Part shown: in pieces, positions 1-7,737 of the stretch | How the letters are laid out: each line of letters opens with the position of its first letter | Position numbering within the stretch: position 1 is the first letter of the stretch | Source of the DNA: an uncultured archaeon | GTDB lineage: Archaea > Iainarchaeota > Iainarchaeia > Iainarchaeales > JAAZKV01 | DNA length: 32,000 nt | Assembly (NCBI GenBank): GCA_964551375.1 | Contig: CAZKBG010000001.1 | Location: forward strand, 1 to 32,000 | Reading direction: 5' to 3' | Notes under the pieces: model-generated | Told to the model about the DNA's origin: nothing | Databases searched by the model: none | What the model saw: only the letters and a program-made list of their open reading frames with translations | Program-made: the position numbers and the translations under genes

Positions 1-51
1 GGATAGGAGACTGTGGATCTCTTGACCCGGGTGCAATTCCCGGTCCTGACC
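1..51 (+). tRNA. tRNA-His (anticodon GTG), 3' portion only; the 5' part lies outside the window
   Basis: Anticodon arm at 6-22 (GGAGA / CTGTGGA / TCTCT), with T at position 33 followed by GTG at 13-15. Five-nt variable region. T-arm at 27-43 (CCGGG / TGCAATT / CCCGG). Acceptor 3' strand at 44-50 and discriminator C51, which fits tRNA-His. No CCA is encoded. Confidence 0.75.
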
Positions 52-87
52 TTTCGTCTAATTTAAATAAAAAGGAGGGAATGTAAA

Positions 88-1326
88 ATGGATTATCAGC
101 CGGTAAAAGGAATGAGAGATTTAATTGGCGCTGACGCAGTGCTTGAAGAATACATTGAAGCCGCTTTTAAAAAAGTGTTCTCCTCTTATGGATACGAACC
201 GCTTTACACTCCCGCAGTAGAGAATTTTGACTTATTCAAAGCCAAAGGCGGGGCAGGGGAAGCAATTAAAGAAGAAATTTATTACTTTAAAGACAAAAGC
301 GAACGAGAGCTTGGATTAAGATTTGAATTTACTGCTTCCACCGCAAGAGTGGTTGCTGCAAACCAGCTAAAACTTCCTTACCGAAGATACCAAATCGGCG
401 AAGTTTATAGGTATGACAAACCGCAGGCAAAAAGATACAGGGCATTTATCCAAGCCGATGCTGACATATTTGGGGTGGCAGGGCTTGAAGCAGAACTTGA
501 ACTAATTCAAGCGCTGAATGATTACTTTAAAGCCCTTGAATTAACTCCAAAAATAATCTTTAATTCAAGAAAACTTCTTCAATCGCTTCTTGGAAAATTC
601 GCGCTTGGAAAAGAACTTGACGCAATGAGAGTGCTTGACAAGCTTGACAAAGTAAGCGCAGGCGAAATAAAACAAATGCTTGAAGAAAAAGGAATAGATT
701 CAAAAGTGCTTGATGTTGTATTAAGAAACTCGTTTGAAGAAATAGAAAATATTGTGGGCGCAGCCGATGCGGGAGCGCAGGAAGTAAAAGGATTTTTGGA
801 AATGACAAAAAAAGCAGGATTAACTTGCGTTGAATTTGATTCTCGCTTGGCAAGGGGGCTCGAATACTATACTGGAATTGTATTTGAAGCAAAAATAGAA
901 AAAGGCCCAAGCATTGCTGGCGGCGGAAGATATGATAAACTTGTAAAGCTCTATGGCGGACAGGATACTCCAGCAGTTGGATTTGCTGTAGGGATAAGCA
1001 GAGTATTTGACTACTTAAAAGAAAAAGGGTTCAAAAGAAACTTTCCAGGATTGTTTTTATTCGGTGTAGGAATAAAATCGGATGAAATATTAAAAATTTC
1101 TTCTAATTTGCGCGCAAGCGGAATAAATGTTGAAGTTGATTTGGTTGGGAAAGGAATCGGCAAAAATCTTGACTTTGCGCAGAAAAAGGGATACAAATTT
1201 GTTGGAATAATCGGTGAAAATGAATTAAAAGAAAATAAATTAACCCTTAAAAATATTGAAAGCGGAAAGCAGGAAATGATTTCAATAAAAGACGCTCAAA
1301 AACTGAAATCATTGATACAAGCCTGA
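88..1326 (+). CDS. hisS: Histidine--tRNA ligase (class II aaRS)
   Basis: 412-aa ORF. The N-terminal MDYQPVKGMRDL, the RYRAFIQADADIFG and LARGLEYYTG motifs, the GGGRYD motif and a C-terminal anticodon-binding-type region are all typical of HisRS. AGGAGGG at 73-79 lies 8 nt upstream of the ATG. Confidence 0.95.
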   Translation: MDYQPVKGMRDLIGADAVLEEYIEAAFKKVFSSYGYEPLYTPAVENFDLFKAKGGAGEAIKEEIYYFKDKSERELGLRFEFTASTARVVAANQLKLPYRRYQIGEVYRYDKPQAKRYRAFIQADADIFGVAGLEAELELIQALNDYFKALELTPKIIFNSRKLLQSLLGKFALGKELDAMRVLDKLDKVSAGEIKQMLEEKGIDSKVLDVVLRNSFEEIENIVGAADAGAQEVKGFLEMTKKAGLTCVEFDSRLARGLEYYTGIVFEAKIEKGPSIAGGGRYDKLVKLYGGQDTPAVGFAVGISRVFDYLKEKGFKRNFPGLFLFGVGIKSDEILKISSNLRASGINVEVDLVGKGIGKNLDFAQKKGYKFVGIIGENELKENKLTLKNIESGKQEMISIKDAQKLKSLIQA

Positions 1327-1425
1327 AAAAATCTAAAAATTAAGGCCTTCTAAAAACAAGGAATACCCCAGTTTTGCCTGCAAGTCTTGTTTTTATTCTT
1401 TTCTTTTCATTTTATTTCGAGTAGT

Positions 1426-2484
1426 ATGGGATTATTTGACGCATTGATGCCAAAAAAAGAGAAAGAACTTAAGTTTGCAGCAAAAGAGAAGCCTGCGTCT
1501 AAGAAAACTTCTGAAAAGGCAGTTAAATCTGATTATCGCGATAAGGCTGAAACTCACAAAGCAGTTGCTTTTCAGAGAAACGAGAAGCCAGTTGTTCCAA
1601 GAGCTCATAAATTAGGGGTTTGTGTTCCAGAACACGCTAAAAATAGGACAGAAACTTATTCTTACGATCCAAATGTATGCGTTCCAATTCACGCAAGGCC
1701 CGCTGAAGAAAGAAGAAAATTAAATAGAAAAAATGAAGTAAGCCCTTTTGAAAAACTTAAAATCCAGCATGAAAAAGATGAAGAAGAATTTGACAAAGAA
1801 CTTGATGATTTGGCAGCGCAGTCATCAGATAGTTCTGACGGGCCTTTTGAGATTGAAGATGATGCGCCTAGAGAGGGGGCTGAAGTTGTTCAAAGAAGAC
1901 CTTTGAGGACTGAAGAAGAAGTTGAGCCCCAGATAAAACCAAGAATTTCAATTGATCCAAAAAGAAAAGCAGAGCTTGAATCAGTAGTAAGGAGCGTAAT
2001 GTACGGCAAAGGCGGAGCAAATAACCCAAGCGCAAACATTCCTGTTTCAACCGCGCCAAAAAAAGACTGGAAAAAAGCAATGCCTAATTTTGAAATGCCT
2101 CAAAAGGAAGAGCCTGTTGATGAAATTGAAGAATCCATTGATAAAGTTGAAGGATATGTTCCAAAATTCTCAAACTCTGCGAGAAAGAAATTCGCATCAA
2201 GCGCTGAAGCAAGAGGGGTTGGACTTGAGCCAAAAGGCTCCGGAACTTTTGAAGTAACTGGAGTATATCAAGGCGGAGACACTACAATAATTTCAGGGCA
2301 CGTAACAAGCGGAAAAATAACTTCAAGACTTACAGCTCAAAAAGGAAGCTTATCAATTAGACTTAATGAACTAAAGCGCGGAGTTGAATCAGTAAGCGAA
2401 CTAAGGGCTGGAGAGCAGGGCTCGCTTTTTGTAAGAGGCTCGGTTGCGGCAGTAAAATACGGCGACACGCTTGATTTTAGCTGA
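1426..2484 (+). CDS. Hypothetical protein: K/E-rich, probably disordered N-terminal two-thirds plus a C-terminal beta-barrel resembling EF-Tu domain II
   Basis: The ORF track starts at TTG 1387, but the first 13 codons look like promoter read-through, so the ATG at 1426 (MGLFDALMPKK) is preferred. The last ~85 aa (GTFEVTGVYQGGDTTIISGHVTSGKITS...LRAGEQGSLFVRG...VKYGDTLDF) match, from memory, the pattern of translation-factor domain 2. There is an internal duplicated VCVPxHA(K/R) motif. Confidence 0.7.
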   Translation: MGLFDALMPKKEKELKFAAKEKPASKKTSEKAVKSDYRDKAETHKAVAFQRNEKPVVPRAHKLGVCVPEHAKNRTETYSYDPNVCVPIHARPAEERRKLNRKNEVSPFEKLKIQHEKDEEEFDKELDDLAAQSSDSSDGPFEIEDDAPREGAEVVQRRPLRTEEEVEPQIKPRISIDPKRKAELESVVRSVMYGKGGANNPSANIPVSTAPKKDWKKAMPNFEMPQKEEPVDEIEESIDKVEGYVPKFSNSARKKFASSAEARGVGLEPKGSGTFEVTGVYQGGDTTIISGHVTSGKITSRLTAQKGSLSIRLNELKRGVESVSELRAGEQGSLFVRGSVAAVKYGDTLDFS

Positions 2485-2542
2485 TTTTTTAGTCTTTTAA
2501 TAAATACTAATAAAATACTTGCTTTATCCTATTTCTTTTATT

Positions 2543-2646
2543 GCTCCAGTAGCATATTCAGATATTGCGCGGCATTGGTAGTTAATCGGCTTTGCTTGAA
2601 TTTTCCAATGATGCCGAGGTTGCGGGTGCAATTCCCGCCTGGAGCT
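2543..2646 (+). tRNA. tRNA-Thr (anticodon GGT) with a 30-nt intron at the canonical 37/38 position
   Basis: Acceptor stem GCTCCAG (2543-2549) pairs with CTGGAGC (2639-2645). D-arm at 2552-2568. Anticodon stem CGGCA (2570-2574) pairs with TGCCG (2612-2616). The loop reads TTGGTA...A, with GGT at 2577-2579. T-arm is GCGGG / TGCAATT / CCCGC (2622-2638). Discriminator is T2646. The mature length is 74 nt without CCA. Confidence 0.85.
2581..2610 (+). other. tRNA intron with a bulge-helix-bulge splicing motif
   Basis: A central 4-bp helix (TTGG 2575-2578 with CCAA 2605-2608) is flanked by two 3-nt bulges (TAG 2579-2581 and TGA 2609-2611). The predicted cleavage sites, after the second bulge nucleotide, give exactly the 37/38 junction. 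Confidence 0.7.
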
Positions 2647-2812
2647 TGGCAATTTTGTTTAAATTCCTTTCATTTGAAAATCCAATTAATTGCATCCACT
2701 TTGCAACTTGTTTTAAACCATATACTTCAATGACGTATAAATCTCTTTTTTGCAGGTGTTTGGTATAAAGTGTAAAATGTTTAGATAAAAATGGGTGTAC
2801 AGTTTGCCGACT

Positions 2813-4168
2813 TTACTTCTTTTTCTGCTGCTTTTCAAAAATCCAGTAAGTAGGCCATATTAGGGCAAATAGAATCATTGTGACAATGAACTGGGGAAGC
2901 ATTATTCCAAAGAAATTAATCGGCTCCCAGTACTGGGTAATGAACATGAAAAAGCAAAACACTGCCCCCGCAACAGCAAACCAAGGGACCCATGATAAGT
3001 GAAGTCCTTTTCTCTTATGCGCTTTGTATTCATTATGCCTTATTACAACAAGAGTTGCGTTAACTGTGAAGAAGAGGAAAAAGTGAATCACAGTGGTTAA
3101 ATTTCCAAGCTCTTTAATATCTCCGATAAAAGCAAAGATTATGGACATTATTAGCGTAACTATTATTGCAAAATGAGGTGTTTTAGTTTTTCTATTTACA
3201 TGACCAAAAACTTTTGGCAGAAGACCTTCATTTGCCATGCCGTATAATACTCTGCTTGAAACATTCAAAAGCACAAGAGTAACGCTTGCGGTTGCAAAGA
3301 GCGCAAGTACGCTAAGTACAAATCCAAACCCGGGGGCAATTGCTTTTTCAGCTACGATTGCGAGCGGGCCTTCAGTCAGCAAATTGTTTGGGTCAGCAGC
3401 TTTAGCCAAATCAGCGGGCGCAATAACGCTTACTGCGACAATTGAGATTAATACATAAAGAACTGTGGTCAAAATTAATGCTGCAATTATTGCTTTAGGA
3501 GTATTTCTTTTTGCGTCTTTTACTTCTTCAGTAATGTTTGCCAGCTCCTCAAACCCCACATATGCGAAGAAAATCAACGCAGCTGCTGAGAAAATACTTG
3601 GGATTAAGGAAAAAGAGTTTTCAAAGAGGGTGGTTCCGTCAATTCCTGCAAAATAATCAACGCTTCCAACAAATTGCAATCCGAAAATAATTGTCAAAAT
3701 TAATCCAATTATAGTAAGCGAAGTAAGTACGTTATTGAGGGTGACGCTCTTTTGTATTCCTACAAAATTTATCACTGAAAGAATTGCAAGCATCCCAATT
3801 GAAACAAATAAGGGGTTAATTGCGACAAAAAATTTGAAGTAAGAAGCAAATCCCCAAGCAACTGTTGCTGATGCAAAAACTCCTGTAAAAAGAGTTATAA
3901 TTCCGATGAAAAAAGCAAACTGCTTGTTTTTGAATGCTTTAATTATATAGACTGATTCAGCCGCATCCTTTGGATATCTGTGAGTAAGCTCGGCATAAGA
4001 GAAGGCAGTTACTGCTGCAATTACTGCTGCGATTAAGAATGAAAGCCAAAGGAGATTTCCGCTAATTCCTGCAGCCACTCCAATAAGGACATAAATTCCT
4101 GCGCCGATTATGGTTCCAGAACCGTATAGTATGGCTTGGTTAAGCGAGATGCTTCGTTCTAAAGGCAT
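2813..4168 (-). CDS. Amino acid permease, APC superfamily
   Basis: 451 aa with about 12 hydrophobic segments. The N-terminal GSGTIIGAGIYVLIG signature and the FAYVGFE motif are typical of amino acid/polyamine/organocation transporters. Confidence 0.85.
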   Translation of the reverse strand: MPLERSISLNQAILYGSGTIIGAGIYVLIGVAAGISGNLLWLSFLIAAVIAAVTAFSYAELTHRYPKDAAESVYIIKAFKNKQFAFFIGIITLFTGVFASATVAWGFASYFKFFVAINPLFVSIGMLAILSVINFVGIQKSVTLNNVLTSLTIIGLILTIIFGLQFVGSVDYFAGIDGTTLFENSFSLIPSIFSAAALIFFAYVGFEELANITEEVKDAKRNTPKAIIAALILTTVLYVLISIVAVSVIAPADLAKAADPNNLLTEGPLAIVAEKAIAPGFGFVLSVLALFATASVTLVLLNVSSRVLYGMANEGLLPKVFGHVNRKTKTPHFAIIVTLIMSIIFAFIGDIKELGNLTTVIHFFLFFTVNATLVVIRHNEYKAHKRKGLHLSWVPWFAVAGAVFCFFMFITQYWEPINFFGIMLPQFIVTMILFALIWPTYWIFEKQQKKK

Positions 4169-4273
4169 AAAATCAAACTAATTAGGCAGGAGGAGTTAAT
4201 ATATTTTTCTTTTAGCGTGAATCTTTTTTGGGCAAGTAAAACTATTGTGGGGTTAATTAATACTATTTGCATA

Positions 4274-4945
4274 TTATTTCCTATGAAGCCCTGAATAGTG
4301 TCTTTTTGGAGCAATTCTAATGCTTCCTGTTTTTTTGTTAGTAAATCTTCTTATTTCAATATTGCCGTGATGAAGTCTTTTTTGAATTGGGGTGGGCCCA
4401 TATACTGCCATTCGAAATTCCTTGCTTTTTGAAAAAAGGAACAATCCAAATCCTGCAATTATTGCAAATCCAATATAATTAAACATCGGGGGGGTGGTTG
4501 CGGGGAGCAAATTAATGTCGGGATCAAGGTAAATAAAGATGGCAATAGCAAAGACAATGGCGTAAGCCGCTTCTGCGATAAAGAAAATAACAGTCTCTTT
4601 ATTTGCATCTTTTACTTTGCGTTTAGTTGTGTTGAAAACTAATCCTGAAAAATTAGTGTGAATGTTCATTACAGTTAAATCCCTCATTGCAATCACTACA
4701 TAACCGAGTGTGAGGAATAAAATTGTTCCAACAAACCAAACCACATTTTGGAAAAGGATTGGCTGCGGGTCGATTACAACATTTGGGCCAACAAAGTTGA
4801 TTCCAATAAACTGGTAAATTTGAAGCACTATTAAAAGAACAAGTGTGGCTTCTTCAAGGATAAACAAAAATGCCTGTGTTGGAGTCAGTATTTTTCTTGG
4901 CGCGAGAAATTTAATCTCATGAGGGTAAGTCTTTGAAAAGCTCAT
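4274..4945 (-). CDS. Hypothetical integral membrane protein with a basic C-terminal tail
   Basis: 223-aa ORF with about 5 hydrophobic helices by eye, then a His/Arg/Lys-rich tail (..KRLHHGNIEIRRFTNKKTGSIRIAPKRHYSGLHRK). I recognise no family. Confidence 0.6.
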   Translation of the reverse strand: MSFSKTYPHEIKFLAPRKILTPTQAFLFILEEATLVLLIVLQIYQFIGINFVGPNVVIDPQPILFQNVVWFVGTILFLTLGYVVIAMRDLTVMNIHTNFSGLVFNTTKRKVKDANKETVIFFIAEAAYAIVFAIAIFIYLDPDINLLPATTPPMFNYIGFAIIAGFGLFLFSKSKEFRMAVYGPTPIQKRLHHGNIEIRRFTNKKTGSIRIAPKRHYSGLHRK

Positions 4946-4996
4946 GCACAGAATACGATAAACAGGTAATTAAATCTATTGCTTGTTTTTGACCGG

Positions 4997-5446
4997 CTAT
5001 TTTATTGTCCTGTCTTTTTTTGCTTTTGCGAGGGCGTCTTGGGATGGTTTTCTCATTTCAGCTTCTTTTCTGGCGGAAGCTGATACTGCATCCATTTTCA
5101 GTTCGCCTGGCTTTCGGTCAGCAACTGAGCCTGTTTTTAGCGCGCTTGCTTCGTTGCCTTTCATTCTAATTGAATCATCCCCTCTTTGTGCTGCGTGTAT
5201 AACTTTTTTTTCTGGGGCTGGCGCTTGTTTTTGAAGAGCGGGGTGTACTTTTGCTGCTTTTGCTAACGCTTTTCCTTTTCGCTTAAGCGAGCTTTCAAGA
5301 ATAAGTTTTCTTCGTTCTTTAATTATCAATCTTTTTCTGACTTCTGGCGCAATGTGTTCGCTTGTAACTCTTGAGCTTGCTTTGTTTGTAAAATAAGATT
5401 TTCTTGCTTTTGCAAGAAGTTTTAAGTACCACATTGGTTTAGCCAT
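4997..5446 (-). CDS. Hypothetical highly basic (Lys/Arg/Ala-rich) protein
   Basis: The ORF runs to a GTG at 5455. The ATG at 5446 (MAKPMWYLKLLAKARK) is preferred. The sequence is low-complexity and basic throughout, with no recognisable domain. The antisense ORF 4983..5234 is rejected. Confidence 0.55.
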   Translation of the reverse strand: MAKPMWYLKLLAKARKSYFTNKASSRVTSEHIAPEVRKRLIIKERRKLILESSLKRKGKALAKAAKVHPALQKQAPAPEKKVIHAAQRGDDSIRMKGNEASALKTGSVADRKPGELKMDAVSASARKEAEMRKPSQDALAKAKKDRTIK

Positions 5447-5617
5447 GGTTATCACATTTTCTTTGATTTATTTCTTTATCTTACAGATTTAATTAGTGGG
5501 TTGTATAAAAGCTTTCCCCAAAAACAAAAAACCTTTGCAGAATACTCTTTTTCCTTTGGAATAAATGTGTTCTTATTGGTTGGGTTGAATAATTTGACAT
5601 TGGCAGCGGGTTGTGGG

Positions 5618-5932
5618 TTAGTGCTTATCAGCCCAACTTTTTAGCTTGTCAATGATTTCAATCAGCTCTTCAGCTTTCGAAGTAAGGGCGTATTCAGTCT
5701 TGACTGGAGTTCCAAGAACAAGGTTTTTTGTAATGAGCTTGCTTTGCTCAAGGCTTTTCAGCCTTATTGAGAGCATTCTTGGATTCAAATTTTGGAGCGA
5801 TTTTAGGATTTGGTTGAAGCCAGCGCGCTTGTTGTGCTTGTATAGCGAGTCAAGTATAAGTAAGTCATGTTTCTTTCCGATTAGCTGCATCGCTTTTTCC
5901 AAAGGGTTAGTCTTCTCTGCAGTTTTTGCCAT
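5618..5932 (-). CDS. HxlR-family winged-helix transcriptional regulator
   Basis: The pattern ..LIGKKHDLLILDSL...GFNQILKSL.NLNPRMLSIRLKSLEQSKLITK....TPVKTEYALT.KAEEL is the HxlR/MarR-like wHTH layout. The ATG at 5932 is preferred over the TTG at 5962 given in the track. Confidence 0.8.
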   Translation of the reverse strand: MAKTAEKTNPLEKAMQLIGKKHDLLILDSLYKHNKRAGFNQILKSLQNLNPRMLSIRLKSLEQSKLITKNLVLGTPVKTEYALTSKAEELIEIIDKLKSWADKH

Positions 5933-6042
5933 AAAACCACTTATATCAATTCTATTCACCAAAACATTTATAACTATACTTTGTATAGCTACTTACTTTT
6001 TTAAAGCTACTTATTTAAATATAGTTAGGTTGTAGGTAGTGT

Positions 6043-6198
6043 ATGAATTGGACAAAATTTGTTAAAGGGGAAGAGGTAGTAGCTCACGTAAAGAGCCACA
6101 ACTTTTATCTGGAAAAGATAGTGGATGAAATGTTGAACCACAACACATTATCAACCTGGGTAAGAGAAACCAATGAGAGAATTTCGCATCACATGTAA
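6043..6198 (+). CDS. Possible 51-aa small protein (MNWTKFVKGEEVVAHVKSHNFYLEKIVDEMLNHNTLSTWVRETNERISHHM)
   Basis: ATG-initiated ORF, below the ORF-track size cutoff and divergent from the HxlR gene. Its composition looks protein-like, whereas the overlapping 69-aa minus-strand ORF 6062..6271 is Cys/Leu/Phe-rich, as antisense frames usually are. Confidence 0.35.
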   Translation: MNWTKFVKGEEVVAHVKSHNFYLEKIVDEMLNHNTLSTWVRETNERISHHM

Positions 6199-6293
6199 AG
6201 TGATGGGTAATAACTCCCACAACACACAATAATATTTTCACTACCTCAAACAGAAAAAGGAAACCGCTCAATAATAGCCGAAAAGCTTGGGGA

Positions 6294-6317
6294 TGATTCG
6301 GAAGGCAAGCCGAATCA
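6294..6317 (+). terminator. Perfect 8-bp hairpin (TGATTCGG-N8-CCGAATCA) followed by T-runs
   Basis: I read the inverted repeat directly from the sequence. T-rich tracts follow at about 6339-6357. It could terminate the small ORF transcript or be part of a small RNA. Confidence 0.3.
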
Positions 6318-6382
6318 GACTTTGGGGTTGGGCGGTCCTTTTATTTTCTTTTTTTTAGTTTTTTTATCTCTTTCTTGGATAG

Positions 6383-6394
6383 TTATATAAATAA
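6383..6394 (+). promoter_or_regulatory. TATA-box-like element (TTATATAAATAA) upstream of the 6413 gene
   Basis: It is centred about 26 nt upstream of the ATG at 6413. With archaeal TATA-to-start spacing this implies a leaderless or near-leaderless mRNA. Confidence 0.35.
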
Positions 6395-6412
6395 CCGAAT
6401 TGTTAATTACTC

Positions 6413-7162
6413 ATGCGACAGCGGACAAGGCAGATATCAAGAACTGCTGAAAAAGTGCTAAGAAGGACAGGCTCAAAGAAAGCGCACAGCAAAGTCGCTG
6501 TTGCCCAAATTAGAAGAAGTCTTCTCAAAGAAATTGCACCCCACTTGGGCGAGATAGAAAAATCGCTTGATCATTTAGAACACCATGTAAACAGTGTTAA
6601 TGCTTTTGCGGACAAACACGCAAAACTTCCTTCACTTTTCGGCTACTTGGCGCTTAGCGTGAAAAAGGCGGAAGTTGAAGAAAAAATCAAGGCAGCGAAT
6701 CATAAAAAAGGAGCTTTTAGTCCTGCGGCAGCAGCGCTTGAGGACGGGACACTGGCATACTGGAAGACAGGACTCAATAATTTATGGAAAAACAGGTTCA
6801 AAAAGTACAAATCAATAGGACTTGAGGCTGAAAAAGCGATTTATTATGATTTAGTGCGGTCAGGAAAACCAGCAGGCGAGGCAAGAGCAATTGCAGGGCA
6901 ATTTGCAACTGAAGTAGGCAAAAAAATGATTCACTTTAACACGCTTCTTCATGCAACCGACGCAAGACACCAAATTTTACGATTTTCAGGCAATTATCTC
7001 GCAATGTGGGAAAAAGAAATCCTTGAAATTGGAAGGAAAGAAAAGCTTGTTCCTGGAGACATAATCACGCTTGCAGTTAACGCTGAGAAAATAAGGCAAA
7101 TAACATTTGAACTTGAAAAAATCACTAAAAGAAGACTGCAAAAGCGAATTATTGGAAAGTGA
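6413..7162 (+). CDS. Hypothetical basic, predicted helical protein
   Basis: 249-aa ATG ORF. It has an Arg/Lys-rich N-terminus (MRQRTRQISRTAEKVLRRTGSKKAHSK) and a basic C-terminus (KRRLQKRIIGK). I recognise no family. Confidence 0.6.
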   Translation: MRQRTRQISRTAEKVLRRTGSKKAHSKVAVAQIRRSLLKEIAPHLGEIEKSLDHLEHHVNSVNAFADKHAKLPSLFGYLALSVKKAEVEEKIKAANHKKGAFSPAAAALEDGTLAYWKTGLNNLWKNRFKKYKSIGLEAEKAIYYDLVRSGKPAGEARAIAGQFATEVGKKMIHFNTLLHATDARHQILRFSGNYLAMWEKEILEIGRKEKLVPGDIITLAVNAEKIRQITFELEKITKRRLQKRIIGK

Positions 7163-7252
7163 GAAGCTTTTTTATAAAATTTTGACAAAAAATCTCCAAA
7201 CAGTCACAAATATAATCTGACCGTTTCTATAATGTTTATTGGTGGGGGTTTA

Positions 7253-7663
7253 ATGGCTATTTTCATTAAAAAAATAATTGAAGAGAACAGAACTGGGGCA
7301 GAAGAGAACGAGGATATTATATCTGATTGCAGCGAACTTCCTCCTGTAAGAGATGCTATTGAGAGATTAAACGGCGAAAACAAAACTGCAGTGGTTCTAG
7401 AAAAAGATGATAAAAATTACATGATTATCGGCGGCGGAAACGGCGGAAAATACGTTGTTTATGCTGAAATAAAGGGAAAGATGTACACAATGGCAAATAA
7501 GTTCCCGATTCCAAAAGGACCGACTGAAGTAAATGTTGGCGGAAAAACTACTGAATACGCATCAAAGTACTGCGTTGGAATTGACATGGTTTTAGAAGCA
7601 GCAAAGCACTACGCGGATCGCGGCGCTCTTGCGCAGACATTCAACTGGGAAAGCAGACAGTAA
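7253..7663 (+). CDS. Hypothetical small acidic alpha+beta protein
   Basis: The track starts at 7232; the ATG at 7253 (MAIFIKKIIEE) is preferred. The GGGNGGKYVVY..., ...GGKTTEY... and C-terminal ...FNWES pattern loosely recalls small immunity-type proteins. That is from memory only and is not verifiable here. Confidence 0.55.
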   Translation: MAIFIKKIIEENRTGAEENEDIISDCSELPPVRDAIERLNGENKTAVVLEKDDKNYMIIGGGNGGKYVVYAEIKGKMYTMANKFPIPKGPTEVNVGGKTTEYASKYCVGIDMVLEAAKHYADRGALAQTFNWESRQ

Positions 7664-7737
7664 AAATCTGCTTTTCTTTTCTATTTTTTTTAAGTTTTTT
7701 TCCTTCTGATTTTAAGTCATTTTTTGTTATTATAAAA

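Noticed and set aside
62-69. TTTAAATA as a TATA box for hisS.
   Set aside because: It lies only ~20 nt upstream of the ATG and immediately upstream of the ribosome-binding motif. A start site at the usual spacing would fall at or beyond the start codon and exclude that motif. Co-transcription with tRNA-His seems at least as likely.
560-910. 116-aa minus-strand ORF inside hisS. The same applies to 1011..1196 and 1868..2080, and to 3237..3458, 3465..3656, 8392..8586, 8854..9090, 9248..9475, 10521..10733, 12516..12761, 13036..13221, 14695..14886, 17810..18040, 18191..18376, 18246..18467, 18577..18819, 19213..19407, 20969..21199, 21041..21235, 24573..24827, 24589..24837, 26088..28820 (several) and 30759..31304.
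   Set aside because: All are fully nested in, or antisense to, ORFs with strong family signatures or better coding character. Their Leu/Phe/Ser/Cys-rich composition is what antisense frames of AT-rich genes give.
4983-5234. 83-aa plus-strand ORF, and 5646..6035, a 129-aa plus-strand ORF.
   Set aside because: They are antisense to the basic protein gene (4997..5446) and the HxlR gene respectively. The HxlR frame has a clear family match, and the plus-strand frames are hydrophobic, low-complexity artefacts.
6062-6271. 69-aa minus-strand ORF in the HxlR-divergent region.
   Set aside because: Its Cys/Leu/Phe-rich composition suggests an antisense frame and it has no ribosome-binding motif. The overlapping plus-strand 51-aa ORF looks more protein-like, though that one is also only tentative.
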